A stretch of DNA of 64,000 bases from Eledone cirrhosa (lineage: Eukaryota): contig OZ024746.1 in NCBI GenBank assembly GCA_964016885.1, positions 102,300,001 through 102,364,000 on the forward strand, written 5' to 3'. The notes under the pieces were generated by a model. The model was not told the origin of the DNA and made no database searches. It saw only the letters and a program-made list of their open reading frames with translations. The position numbers and the translations under genes were made by a program. The stretch's first letter is position 1, and every line of letters starts with the position of its first letter. Positions 25,797 through 39,234 of this stretch are shown here, piece after piece.

Positions 25797-26575
25797 TGAC
25801 ATTTCTTAGAAAAAAAACTGAAAAAGTTTTGTGAGAACCCCAATGTCTATTTATTTTATTTCATTTTTAAATAAAATTAATAAAATTAATTTTATTTTGA
25901 AAGTAGGTTTATAAATATTAAATTTGAGTAGACCCTTGTAGCAGTCTTGGTGGCTTAGTGGGAAGTACCAGAGATGGTGAGATCCTTGTCTGTAGGGTCA
26001 ATCCAGGACATGGGTTCAATCCTTGCTTGGACACATGTCTAATGTTTCCTTTTTACATCTCTTAGAAAAAACTGAAAATCTTTGGTGAGAACCCCAATGT
26101 CTATTTATCTAATATAATTTAATTAATTTAATTTAATTTAATTTTTATTTTAGTGAAATTGTCGAAACCACTGGCGATCTAAATTTGGAGGAGACAGATG
26201 AAATAAACATTATATTATCTCCTCAACCTTTAGATTGGCCGTAGTTTCAACAATTTAACTAAAATAAAAAATTAAATTAAATATAATTAAATAAGTAGGG
26301 GTTCTCTTTTTCAAAAAGATATAGAAGGAAAATTAAAAAAGATTAATATTATTCCTTATGTGTATCTCAACGGCCAGGATTGAACCTTAATCCTCGATTC
26401 AATGTAGAGACCACAATTGAACACTGAGACCAGGATCTCACCATCTCTGGTACATCCCATTAAGCTACAAAGATTTACTGAAAATTAATATTTATAAACC
26501 TACTTTCAAAATTAAATTAAATTAAATTAAAAATAAAATGAAATAAATCGACATTGGGGTTCTAAACTTTAATAT
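25790..26575. mobile_element. ~780-bp palindromic element with inward-facing tRNA-like arms
   Basis: The left arm tggcttagtgggaagtaccagagatggtgagatcc (~25950) is inverted at ~26435-26470. It also has terminal IRs gagaaccccaatgtc/gacattggggttct and a central palindrome at 26150-26265. Confidence 0.75.
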
Positions 26576-27129
26576 ATATATATTTCTCATTCTTTCTTCT
26601 GATGAAGGACTAGCGTCCAAAGACCCTCTTCCTGCTATATCAAGTGTACCGATATACTGTACCGATTGTGTTGTTATTTCTGTTTAGCTTTTATATACAT
26701 ATATATATGTATATACATATATAACTGATAGCAGATGTTCTGGTGAAATAGTGGTTTTACTGCTACAGATTGTAATGGAACTCTTGGTGGACACAATTGT
26801 AAAGTAGGAATGGATGACAGTGTAAGACTGATGTCGGCAAAAGAAAATTGTGTCTATATATATATATAATTGTTACACAAGAGATATAATTAGATTAATT
26901 AAAGTTATAATGAAGATAGACATTAGATTAATTAAAGTTATAATGAAGACGGCGGGTACTCGGTGTCATTGAGAATGATTCAACTCTCTTACCGGTGTCA
27001 TCAATCCTGTAAGGATGAAAGGGTATTTCAACTCAGATCGTAAAGAGAGGGTAAATCTATGCTTCAAAGCATGCCGTCCGACCCTCTACCAATACTGCCA
27101 ATCCATTGCCAGAGGTATTTTAAATAATT

Positions 27130-27310
27130 GTTTCTACTTTTGGCATAAGGCCAGCAATTACACAGTGCATTACTGGTACTTTATTTTATCGATCCCGTAA
27201 GGATGAAAGGCAAAGTTAACATCGACGGGATTTGAACTTAGACTGTAAAGGGACGTAACTATGCTGGAAAACATGGCATCCAACTCTCTACTGATACTGC
27301 CAAATAATAA
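27130..27310 (-). mobile_element. Meta-domain tRNA SINE remnant (a second partial copy at ~26990-27120)
   Basis: The minus strand reads AAGTTCAAATCCCG (B box) followed by CTTTGCCTTTCATCCTTACGGGATCGATAAAATAAAGTACCAG, resembling the MetaSINE central domain. Confidence 0.65.
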
Positions 27311-27779
27311 AGAGTCATGATAACAATAACCTGAAATATAGGATCTCCCTTGGCTGATTTTAAAATCTTTTCTTCCATTAGAAATTAATTTGTTTCATGT
27401 CTGACTGAAAGACTCTGGAGTTTTTACCTGTCTTGGGTTTAATTAATGAGGAATTTTGAGGTATTTATAACAATTATTAATTATTTCATTACTGAGATAT
27501 CATTTGAAGGACTTACTAATGTTTTTATTTATTAATTATTTTATTAGTAACTTAACATGTGGTTCTTGTATAAAATTATGTTGGAAGATTTTAGGAAGAT
27601 GCTATGTAGCCGGTCGCGGTAAAATAGACGCCCAGGCTATGTAGCCGGTAAGAGTGTCAGACTCCATGTGTTGCAGCCCTTTATGGTCTGAGTTAAGACA
27701 ATTTAAAATCTTTTCCACCATCAATTGTTAAAAAACAAGTTAAAATCATTTTGTCGTCCATTTGTAACGTACGTTACAC

Positions 27780-28570
27780 TTTAGTTACATACACATATAC
27801 TATGTTACATACACACATCTACTGTGTTACATACACACACATCAACTGGGTTACATACACACACATCTACTGCGTTACATACACATCTACTGTGTTACAC
27901 ACACATCTACAGTGTTACATACACACACATCTACTGAGTTACATACACACACATCTACTGTGTTACATACACACACATCTACTGTGTTACATACACACAC
28001 ATCTTCTGTGTTACATACACACATCTACTATGTTACATACACACATCTACTGTGTTACATACACACACCTGTGTTACATACACACACATCTACTGAGTTA
28101 CATACACACACATCTACTGTGTTACATACACACACATCTACTGTGTTACACACATCTTCTATGTTACATACACACAATCTACTGTGTTACATACACACAT
28201 CTACTGAGTTACATACACACACATGTACTGTGTTACATACACACATCTACTGTGTTACATACATACACATCTACTGTGTTACATACATACACATCTACTG
28301 TTACATACACACATCTACCGTGTTACACACACACATCTACCGTGTTACACACACACATCTACCGTGTTACACACACACATCTACTGAGTTACATACACAT
28401 ATACTGAGTTACATGCAAACACACATCTACTCTGTTACATATACACATCTACTGTGTTACATACACATACATCTACTGAGTTATATACACATACATCTAC
28501 TGAGTTATATACACACACATCTACTGTGTTACACACACATCTACTGTGATACACACACACACATCTACTC
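27780..28570. repeat. ~22-24-bp minisatellite (catctactgtgttacatacacaca)
   Basis: About 30 visible tandem copies with variable (CA)n. Confidence 0.93.
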
Positions 28571-29339
28571 ATACATATTCATAAATAGACACACATTATA
28601 CAAATAATTATTACATACACACACATCTCTGTAATAATTCAGGAAGGAAGGGGCTGGTGAAACGCTATAGCAATGTGTGTGTGTTGTGTACCTTTCAGGT
28701 TTACCGGTTTCGTAGCCTATTTGAAGATTTTATTATAATTATGAACCTTATAATTCAATTAATTATGAATAATTTTGAGCTATTTATCACAATTGTTAGT
28801 TAATTACTAACATAGTAACTTACCATATGGTTGTTATATAGAATTTTGTTGGAAGACTTTAATTTAGATAGGAACCATTTCCATAGTACGAGAACTAATT
28901 TTGGCTGGGTTTCTACCAAAAGGGTTAATGAAGAATTTTGAACAATTTACTAAAATTATTAATTATTTCATTACTAAGATAATGTGTGAATACACAATTA
29001 TATGTGTGTATATATATATAAACAGTATATATATAGTATACAAAAGATGTAGTGGGATAGTGTGTAGTCTTAAGACAAGTCTGTCCAGATAGCTGCGCTG
29101 TAACTTACACTTATTGGGACTGTGTGTTGGCAAGCAGGCCTGTATTTTGGGATCTAGCTGGTCCATTATGAGGGAGGTCTGGTTAGTTGGCAGCACCATG
29201 CCTTACTTGTGGTATATGTATGTATAGAAATAAGTTATTGTATATGCATAACTGTCCATCTATATGTATACATGTATGTTTACTTATATCTTTGCATACA
29301 TATATACATTTTCAGATGTATACACGTAATGGTCACCCG

Positions 29340-31239
29340 GATAGGAAACCAAGTCATACAGAATGGGGTTGTTCTGAAGGACTGGCGTAGCAGCATCATC
29401 ATTAACTGTTACAAGGGTAAAGGAGATGCCCTAGATAGGAGTAACTATAGAGGCATTAAATTAATCGACCAGGTCATGAAGGTCACGGAAAAAGTAATAG
29501 CGCAACTAATCAGAGAGAGAATTGATCTAGATGAAATGCAGTTCGGGTTTGTGTCAGGTAAAAGTACCACAGACGCTCTTTTCATTGTACGACAACTACA
29601 GGAGAAGTACCTAGTTAAAAGTAAACCCCTATACTTAGCTTTTGTTGACTTGGAGAAAGCCTTCGACAGAGTCCCCCGTTCCATTATCTGGTGGGCTCTT
29701 AGAAAACTAGGTGTTGAGGAATGGCTTGTGAGAGCTATACGAGCCATGTATAAAGAAACAGTCAGCAAGGTTAGAATTAACAACGAATATAGTGAAGAGT
29801 TTAGCGTAAAAGTTGGTGTTCATCAGGGCTCCGTCCTTAGCCCCCTACTATTTATTATTGCCCTTCAGGCTATAACAGTGGAGTTCAAGACCGGCTGCCC
29901 ATGGGAACTCCTATACGCAGATGATCTAACGCTCATAGCTGAATCAATGGCCGAGCTAGAGAAGAAATTCCAAACATGGAAGCAAGGCCTAGAATCAGAA
30001 GGCCTTAAAATTAACCTGGCTAAGACTAAAGTTCTAGTTTGTAGGAAAGAAAATAAGGCGCCGGTCCCTTCCGGGAAATGGCCATGCTCAGTGTGTAGGA
30101 AAGGCGTAGGTAGAAACTCCATTTTATGTCCCAAATGCAAAGTATGGGTTCATAAAAGATGTAGTGGGATCACAGGTAAGCTAACTAAGAACATAGATTT
30201 TACATGTGGCCGGTGCTCTGGTGCAATAAGTAGCAGCAAGTGCCCACAAAATACTAGCTCTTTCAATTGCGCAGAGGGTTCTATAGAAATAGTGGACAGC
30301 TTCCGTTACCTGGGTGACAAAATCAGCAGTGGGGGAGGGTGCTCTGAAAGTACAGTAGCTAGAGTCAGAACTGGATGGAAAAAGTTCAGAGAGCTTATAC
30401 CACTATTAGCCGCTAAAGGGTTCTCCCTAAAAATGAAAGGCAGGTTGTATGATGCCTGCATATGAACAGCAATGTTGCATGGCAGTGAGACCTGGGCATT
30501 GTGTGCAGAGGATATACGCAGACTAGAGAGGAACGAAGCTTGCATGCTTCGCTGGATGTGTAATAGTAATATATGTGAACGGCAAAGCATAAACGAACTA
30601 AGGGAAAAATTAGAAATAAGAGGGATCAGATGTTGTGTACTCGAGAGAAGACTACGTTGGTATGGTCCACGTGATGCGGATGAAAGACGACAGCTGTATA
30701 AAAAAAATGCAGGGCAATAAAGATAGACGGTAGCCACGGAGTAGGCAGACCCAGAAAAACCTGGGACGACTTGATAAATTCCGACCTCACACACTTACAC
30801 CTCTCCAAGACAATGTCACTGGACCGAGATCTTTGGCGGTACTCAGTAATAGAGAAGACCCGCCTTACCTAGATACAAAGTAAAACCTACTACAGTCAGT
30901 AGGCACCTCTAACAAAATACACCCCCACCCCATCCACACCGCCCCTTTCAATGTAAAGTTATGTTGGTGCCACAACATCCAGGCCGAAACAAATGAGGTC
31001 GTGTAGGTGTCACGACAAAAAAAAAAAACACAGTCCACGCAGTAATGTGGCCGTGTAGGTAACACGATAAAAACCTCCCAGTCCCACACTGTAAATGCGG
31101 TTGGTGTTAGGAAGGGCATCCAGCTGTAGAAAACCCGCCAGACAGTCCTATGCGAGCAAGACAACCACTCTTGCCTCAAGTGGGAAAATTCCCGTCCAAA
31201 CCCATGCAAGCGTGGAATATGGACGTTAAACGATGATGA

Positions 31240-31243
<4 letters not shown>
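29340..31243 (+). mobile_element. 5'-truncated RTE-clade LINE: reverse transcriptase with internal PHD finger, 3'UTR and (GAT)n tail
   Basis: Motifs KGKGD..SNYRGI, QFGF, FVDLEKAFDRVPR, GVHQGSVLSPLLF, LLYADD and FRYLG. Premature TGA at 30463-30465 and a frameshift near 30670 make it inactive. Confidence 0.95.
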
Positions 31244-31271
<28 letters not shown>

Positions 31272-31275
<4 letters not shown>

Positions 31276-32030
31276 CTTTGACATTTCTTAGAAAAAAAAT
31301 GAAAAAGTTTTGTGAGAACCCCAATGTTTATTTATTTTATTTTATTTTTAAATAAAATTAATAACATTAATTTTATTTTGAAATTAGGTTTATAAATATT
31401 AATTATCAGCAGACCTTTGTAGCAGTCTTGGCGGCTTAGTGGGAAGTACCAGAGATGGTGAGGTCCTTGTCTGTAGGTTCAATCCTGGTCTGGGAGTTCA
31501 ATCATTGCTGTAATGTGTCCTGTTAATCTTTTTTTTAATTTTCCTCAGAAAAAACTGAAAATCTTTGGTGAGAACCCCAATGTCTATTTATCTAATATAA
31601 TTTAATTTATTTTATTTTATTTTACTTTAGTTAAATTGTCAAAACCACTGGTGATCTAAAGTTAGAGGAGACAGATAAAATAGACATATTGTCTCCTCAA
31701 CCTTTAGATCTTCAGTGTTTTCGACAATTTAACTAAAATAAAAAATTAAATTCAATATAATTAAATAAATAGGGGTTCTCTTTTTCAAAGAGATATAGAA
31801 AGAAAATTATAAAAGATTAACATGACACCTTACATGTATCTCATGGACCAGGATTGAACCTGAGTCCCCAATTCAACCCTCAGACCAGGATTGAACACCC
31901 AGAACAGGATCTCACCATCTCTGGTACTTCCCACTAAGCTACCGAGACTGATACAAAGATGTACTGAAATTTAATATTTATAAACCTACTTTCAAAATAA
32001 AATTAAAAATAAAATATATATATATATATA
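31272..32030. mobile_element. Palindromic element with inward-facing tRNA-like arms (second complete copy)
   Basis: ggcttagtgggaagtaccagagatggtgag..gtaggttcaatcc at ~31433-31485 is inverted at ~31905-31950. Central palindrome at 31628-31737. Confidence 0.75.
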
Positions 32031-32397
32031 TTCCTTTGACATTTCTTAGAAAAAAGAACTGAAAAAGTTTTGTGAGAACGCCAATGTCTATTTATTTTAT
32101 TTTATTTTTAATTAAATTAGTTATATTTTGAAAGTAGGTTTATAAATATTAATTTTCAATAGACCTTTGTAGCAGTCTTGGTGGCTTAGTGGGAAGTACC
32201 AGAGATGGTGAGATCCTTGTCTGTAAGTTCAATTCTTGCTTGGAGACATGTCTAATGTGTCCTATTAATCTTTTTTTAATTTTCCTTTTACATCTCTTAG
32301 AAATAACTGAAAATCTTTGGTGAGAACCCCAATGTCTATTTATCTAATATAATTAATTTAATTTAATTTAATTTAATTTTTATTTTAGTGAAACCAC
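32031..32397. mobile_element. Left half of the palindromic element, truncated by the start of the macrosatellite
   Basis: Follows 31272-31650 up to gaaaccactg, then switches abruptly to RTE endonuclease sequence. Confidence 0.75.
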
Positions 32398-32838
32398 TGT
32401 TGTATTCAAGAGACCAGGTGGAGGGGTGGGTCTGCTAGATTCATCGTGGGTAAAGAACGGTGCTATGAACTTTTCTGGGTGGGAAATGACAATGGGCTGG
32501 GTATACACATACCACCCCACCACCCCACCGTAAAGTGGTCGTGGAGGCGCCACGGCAAAAAAGCACCCAGCCCGCTCTGTAAAGCTGACGTGGAGGTGCC
32601 ACGGAAAAAAAAAAAGCACCCAGCACTCACTGCAAACTGGGTTGGCGTCAGGAAGGGCACCCAGCTGTAGAAACCAATCCAGAATCAGCTCCCACCCCAC
32701 CCTTGCAAGCATGGAAAAGCGGACGTATGATGAAGTTGATATATATATATATATATTAGTATATATATACACATACATATGTACACATATACACATACAT
32801 ATATATATATATATACACACACATATATATCAGTGTAC

Positions 32839-32882
<44 letters not shown>

Positions 32883-33524
32883 GAATATTTATTCAATTTA
32901 AAGCGCCAATTATCTATATATAACAAGATATGAATTTTTCTAGGGATGGGGAAATTTTCAGTTTGTTTTTATATTTTCACTTCATTTTTTACTTTCTATT
33001 TAATACAGTCTTTGATCCAATATAATCCTGACAGTATTTGAACCAGTTTACCTCATATATATGTATGCACACACAACACTCAAGTTTCGCCATCTACTGC
33101 TATTTCATTCATATTTATTGTTTAATTAACTCTGGTCTAATTCATCAACTATTGTTAATTATATTATTACGTAGATTTCTTATAAAATCTAGTGCATATA
33201 TACGTGTATATATACAGGGAGACACTGTGTAATAGATGTAAAGAGAGTGGGAGATAGAGTTATAGAAGTAAAGAGAGGGAGAGAAATAAGCGGTAGATAG
33301 AGCAATAGATGTAAAGAGAGGGTTAGAACGTTCAACTTGACAGTCAGTACATATGCCAACTACCCAACCGGCCAGCCAGCCGTATTTGCGGTTGACTGAC
33401 CAGTTGGGCGGTTGGTATGTGGAACGTTCAACTACGCAGTCAGTACCAAAGTTCAACATTGTAGCCAGTGCATATGCCGATCGCCGCGACCTCTTTGCTC
33501 TATTTAAATGACCTGGAACTAAGT

Positions 33525-33637
33525 AAAAAGAGTAGGAGATAACTCGACAAGAGCGGAGAGGGTGAGATTCGAACCATGTAAAGTCGTTGGCTCCTGAACT
33601 TCGTAAGCGGGGCTGCTACTGACTGAGCAGCGCCGGC
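33525..33637 (-). ncRNA. Candidate Pol III unit, array copy 1
   Basis: Same TATA/A/B/T5 cassette as 9437-9549. Confidence 0.4.
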
Positions 33638-34618
33638 AGCAAGGCAAATCGCGCATAAAATAACGCTTATATCGAGAAAATAAAACAAAAATTTCAATGT
33701 TGCACTCTTGTTTGTTGTTCTTTTATTTTACGTAAACATTTCGCTGCTCTAGCCTCATATTTCCTATTAGATTACACTTAATTCCATTAAACATTCATTC
33801 TTAGTCTCGTGGTAAACTATTTCATCTATATTTATATCGCTGTTACAGCCTTTTATTTCTACATCTATCACCTATAGCCACTGTTACGCCGGTAGTATAA
33901 GTAGCTTTATAACAAGAAACGATGATATAACTCCACAAAATGTCTTCTTGAGCAAGACACTTCACCTCATATTGCTCCAGTACACCGAGTTACACATAGA
34001 CAGATACATACATACACATATATATGTACACAGATAGAAATAAGAGGGAGATAGAGTAAAAGATGTAAAGATAGTGTAAAAGATTTAAAGAGAGGGTGAG
34101 AGTGTGACACACATTTATCTGTCTATCTCTCTCTATTTTAACACCGGTCGTTATAATTAGTTTTATAACACCGCTATATTACCGACATGAAAGAGGTAAA
34201 TAATTATTTCTTAAATGTTTAGAACATGTTTCTCTTGTCTTCTTAAATGTATAGAACATGTTTCTTATTTATATTCTTAACATAGCTAGGACCTTATCTC
34301 ATTTACTGGTCTCTACTTTTAGGGCTTTGCTGGTCCCATGTGCCCTCCATGAAGACACACTCGCCCCTTCTCTCTCAGTCTCCGTACTAATTACTACACA
34401 TACGTATATATATTTATTTTAAGAAACCTTAATGACAAATAATATAAAGTGTTTGTAAAGTGGGGAAGAGTAGTTTTACGGTGGGGTTGTTATATAGATA
34501 TCGTTTTTGCAGTGGGGTCGTGACTGGCGTATAATAATGAGTCACTGTTGATGTATATACAAATCATGTTTTGGATATAAGTGAAGTTATTTAAGAGATT
34601 TAGTTGTTTTGTATACAT

Positions 34619-36645
34619 TCATAACGGTACGCGATGGGACCCACCCACAGCCCCGGCGGACAGAATGGAGAAGGCGTTTCCCCGGAGCACGGCAAGGGAG
34701 ACGCGCTGGAAAAGCCACTCCAACTCGCGGGGCTCACACCTGCGACTGGCCAGCTCAGCGCCTATGGGGGTGAGTAAGGAGGTAGCCCTGGGGTCGAGGA
34801 CACCAGAAGTCTCCACTTCCAGGGGTACGACCGCAAACCTGTCGGAGAGTGAACGATATGTGAGGAGTTTGGCCCTCTCAGCCTGACGTGCAGCAGAACC
34901 TGGGCCAGTCGCAGACTGCACCAGGTTGCGGCTGCAGAAAGTGTCGGTGCAAGTGGCATCCCAGACGAGGGGTTTGCCACTGCGGAACGGGAAGATGGTC
35001 ATGCCATCTGGCCTTTTGCCGTCCCCTGGAGCTGGGAAGGGAAGCCTGCAGCGTCCAAGCCATGCTTAATGATTTCGTTGAGGGCAGCATGGCGTGGATT
35101 GCGGCTGGCGCTGTGGCGACAGGAAAGCGGGTGGAGGCCGAAAGAGTCCATGGTGGAACGGCAGCGACATTGGTGTGAGGCCGAGCCTCAGGGAAACGCC
35201 GATGCGCAAGCTATGGTTGTCTAGCTGCGTGCGAGTGGAGAAGGAGGGCAGGGCATGGAGCCAGGCCCCACTGTGGGGTTTGGAGGCCGCACGAAAACAA
35301 ACAAGGCGGTGCTGGTCGAGCTGGCACGTGAGCCTGTCTGAGGCCAGGCTGCACTGGATGGCATCCCAAGTGTGTTGGGGGGACTTGACGTCAACAGGGG
35401 GAGAAGGAGGAGGAACGTCTACTGGGCTAAGTCCCAGCCGGTGCCACGTCTCACAGGCGGCCACGCGTTCTCTGAACACAGAGGGTTCTGTTGTGTTTTG
35501 AAGAACCCTGCTGAGATGGACGTGGTACGAGGTTACCGACGAAAGATACGCCGGCAAAGCTAGTGAGATCGGGGACTGGAGGCGAAGGTCGCCATACCTG
35601 ATAGGTAAAGTTGCATATCTCATCGGCTGCTGCTCGGATACAAGTCTGGGTGTAGCACAGAGTGTATAGAGGAGCTTCGGCATGGCGTAGCAGTTCCTCA
35701 GCAGAAAGAGAACTGGGTGGCCATCAATCAAGCCCAGTCGGCTCGTGAGAGTCTGAACTTGATGGTGGAGCGGATGGCCGGCGGGTGGATCGGTGAGGGC
35801 ATCCTCTTTGGGGGTCACCTGAACCTGGCGGAGAATGGACCGCACGTCCAAGACGGAGACTGCAAAGCTTGCAGCATCGAGGCTGACATTCACCACCTCC
35901 GACTTGGCTGAGTTGACCTGGAGGTCGATTCCCGCCAGGGCAGGAACCACCGATTGAAGGTCATGGCAGACCGCCTGTACGGGCCCACCCAAAGTAGCAT
36001 CATCCAGATACCAAACGTTGAGAGGGGCCGTTATACTCCGGGCGATGTGGTCAATACCAAGGGTGAACAGGAGGGGTCCCAAAGGGTTGCCCTGTTGGAT
36101 CCCAGTAGCCAAGGGTATGACCGCATCAGCAGCATGTCGCATGCTCGGGGCTCCATATGACAGCTAGGCAGAGGGGGCTCGGCTGAGGCAGGCCTCGAGC
36201 AGATGATCCCAGCGTAAAGAGTTGAAGGCATTCCTCATGTCAAACTTGACAATGAGGTGGCTGGAGTCCCTGGATGCCGGTTCCGAGTGTTACGGACTTG
36301 CAGGTTACCTTGGCAGCCAGCCTCCGGAAGACATTGCCCACAGCAATGGGGCGTATGCCACCCTCTTTCTTCCTGAGAGCGGTGAAGCTGGCTGAAAAAA
36401 AGAGGCCTCGAGCATAAGAGTCCAGGGCGCCATGGATGAGCCTATTGGTGAGCGCCACAATTGCACTCAGAAGGCGGCGCCCGGCCTCAGCGGAGAGGGG
36501 AGATGTCAACTCCTTGAGGAGGCCTGGTCAGAGACCATCAACATCACCGCAGCTGCTAGCTGGGAAGGACCTGATGGCGGACATGATGTCTGCATCAGAA
36601 GCCACAACGAGCAAGTGTGGATTACAATACAAAACCTCTGAGAAT
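34619..36645 (-). mobile_element. Degraded CRE-clade retrotransposon, array copy 1 (most complete)
   Basis: 358-aa ORF 35066-36142 (QQGNPLGP, YLDD, HSGAWLHALP) plus RLE ORF 34619-35002. It retains the CCHC knuckle. Confidence 0.9.
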
Positions 36646-38149
36646 GATTTCTAAGATATTTCACCATAATTAATTTTCATCAATATATATTAATATTATT
36701 ATTGTTTATTAGGTCAGGTGGATTGGCCAGAACAATTCTACTCTTCTTTTTTAGATGTCACGATTTTTCATGGCATTCCTGAGATCATTAATCTCCAGCT
36801 GGAGATCCAGAGACATCTGATGTATGTAGGTGAACCTCAGTCATCCCACTAGGGTCTTACTATGTTTAGGTATCCACCACAGGAGCCAGCTCATCAGGTC
36901 ATCCTACCCTCAGCAGCAATGTCCAGCATCTATTGATTTCCGCTCCCTAGTTATTGTGGTAATCTTTGATATGGGAATATATTTCTTCTGCTTAAGGGAG
37001 TAATAAATATATAGTTTTAAAAAAAACATATATATACACACACATATATATATGTTGTCATTTATAAGAGTTCTCTATCAAAAGCCTTCTCTATGTCCAA
37101 AGCTAAGTATAGTGGCTTATTTTTCTCTAAGAACCTCTTTTGTAGTTGTCTCACTAAGAAGAGGGCATCTGTTGCACTTTTCAGCGGCACAAAACCAAAC
37201 TGCATCTCATACACATACATACATATACATACATACATACATATACACATACATACATACATCATCATCATCATCATCATCATCATCATTTCGTTTTAAG
37301 TCCGCTTTTTCCCTGCTTGCAAGGGTGGGACGGGAACTGATTCTGGCTTGATTTCTACAGCTGGATGCCCTTCCTAACACCAACCTCATTTACAGTGAGT
37401 GCTGAGTGCTTTTTTGCCGTGGCACCTCCACGACCACTTTGCAGTGGAATGATATGGACCCCAGTCCCTATCATCTCATTTCTACAGCTGAGTAAACTGG
37501 AGCAATGTGAAATAAAGTGTCTTGCTCAAGGAAACAACACATCACCCGGTCTGAGAATTGAACTCACAACCTTTCGATTGCCAGGCCAATGCTCGAACCA
37601 CTAAGCCATGTGCCTCCATATACATATACATATACATACACATACATATACATACATATATATATACATACATACATATATACACATACATACATACACA
37701 TACATACACATATACATACATATATATACATACATACACATACATAGATATATATATATACATAATATAAATATACACACATACACATACATAAGCATAT
37801 ACACATAAGTATATATACATATACACACGTATATATACATATACATACATACATATATACACATACATACATATATACATACATACACACATATACATAC
37901 ATATATACATATACACATACATACATATACATACATATACACATACATACATATATATATATACATACACACACATATATACATACACACACATATATAC
38001 AAACACATACATATACACATATATACACATACATACACATACATATACATACATATACACATATACACTCATATATACATATACATACATACACACACAT
38101 ACATACATATATACATATACATACATAAAGACAAATCCACCTCATGGAC

Positions 38150-38445
38150 GAGAATGCAAGGGCTCCTCCTCTTTGTTTCGGCCGCGGATGGCTAACCCTA
38201 ACCCCATCCCCGCTCCCCACTGCTCCCAACCTCCAAACGCAATCCAAAACTTCAGAGTTAGTACCATTAATGTAGGCACCTTATAGGGTGGCTCTAACGA
38301 GGTTGTAGAAATGCTTGAACGTAAGGAGGTCGATGTTTGTTGTATTCAAGAGACCAGGTGGAGGGGTGGGTCTGCTAGATTCATCGTGGGTAAAGAACGA
38401 TGCTATACGCTTTTCTGTGTGGCAAATGACAATGGGCTGGGTATA
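38150..38445 (+). mobile_element. RTE LINE 5' fragment (start of APE endonuclease), present in each unit
   Basis: [45 protein letters not shown] is an APE-type N-terminus with an in-frame stop. It is joined to a SINE 3' half (~38460-38675). Confidence 0.85.
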
Positions 38446-38675
38446 CACATACCACCCCACCGCCCCACCGCAAAGTGGTCGTGGAGGGGCCGCGGCCAAA
38501 AAGCACCCAGCCCACACTGTAAAGCTGACGTGGAGGTGCCACGGAAAAAAAAAAGCACCCAGCACTCACTGCAAACGGGGTTGGCGTCAGGAAGGGCACC
38601 CAGCTGTAGAAACCAATCCAGAATCAGCTCCCACCCCACCCTTGCAAGCATGGAAAAGCGGACGTATGATGAAGT

Positions 38676-38716
<41 letters not shown>

Positions 38717-39234
38717 TATATATATACACATATATATATACACACATATATATCAGTGTACATATATATATACATATATATATATATATAAATGAATATT
38801 TATTCAATTTAAAGCGCCAATTATCTATATATAACAAGATATGAATTTTTCTAGGGATGGGGAAATTTTCAGTTTGTTTTTATATTTTCACTTCATTTTT
38901 TACTTTCTATTTAATACAGTCTTTGATCCAATATAATCCTGACAGTATTTGAACCAGTTTACCTCATATATATGTATGCACACACAACACTCAAGTTTCG
39001 CCATCTACTGCTATTTCATTCATATTTATTGTTTAATTAACTCTGGTCTAATTCATCAACTATTGTTAATTATATTATTACGTAGATTTCTTATAAAATC
39101 TAGTGCATATATACGTGTATATATACAGGGAGACACTGTAATAGATGTAAAGAGAGTGGGAGATAGAGTTATAGAAGTAAAGAGAGGGGGAGAAATAAGC
39201 GGTAGATAGAGTAATAGATGTAAAGAGAGGGTTA

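Noticed and set aside
29209-29340. N-terminal part of the 418-aa ORF as real protein
   Set aside because: It is low-complexity AT-rich read-through upstream of the LINE truncation point.
38190-38205. ctaaccctaacccc as telomere seed or telomerase template
   Set aside because: Only about two repeats, inside the RTE 5' fragment, and absent in this form from the solo copy.
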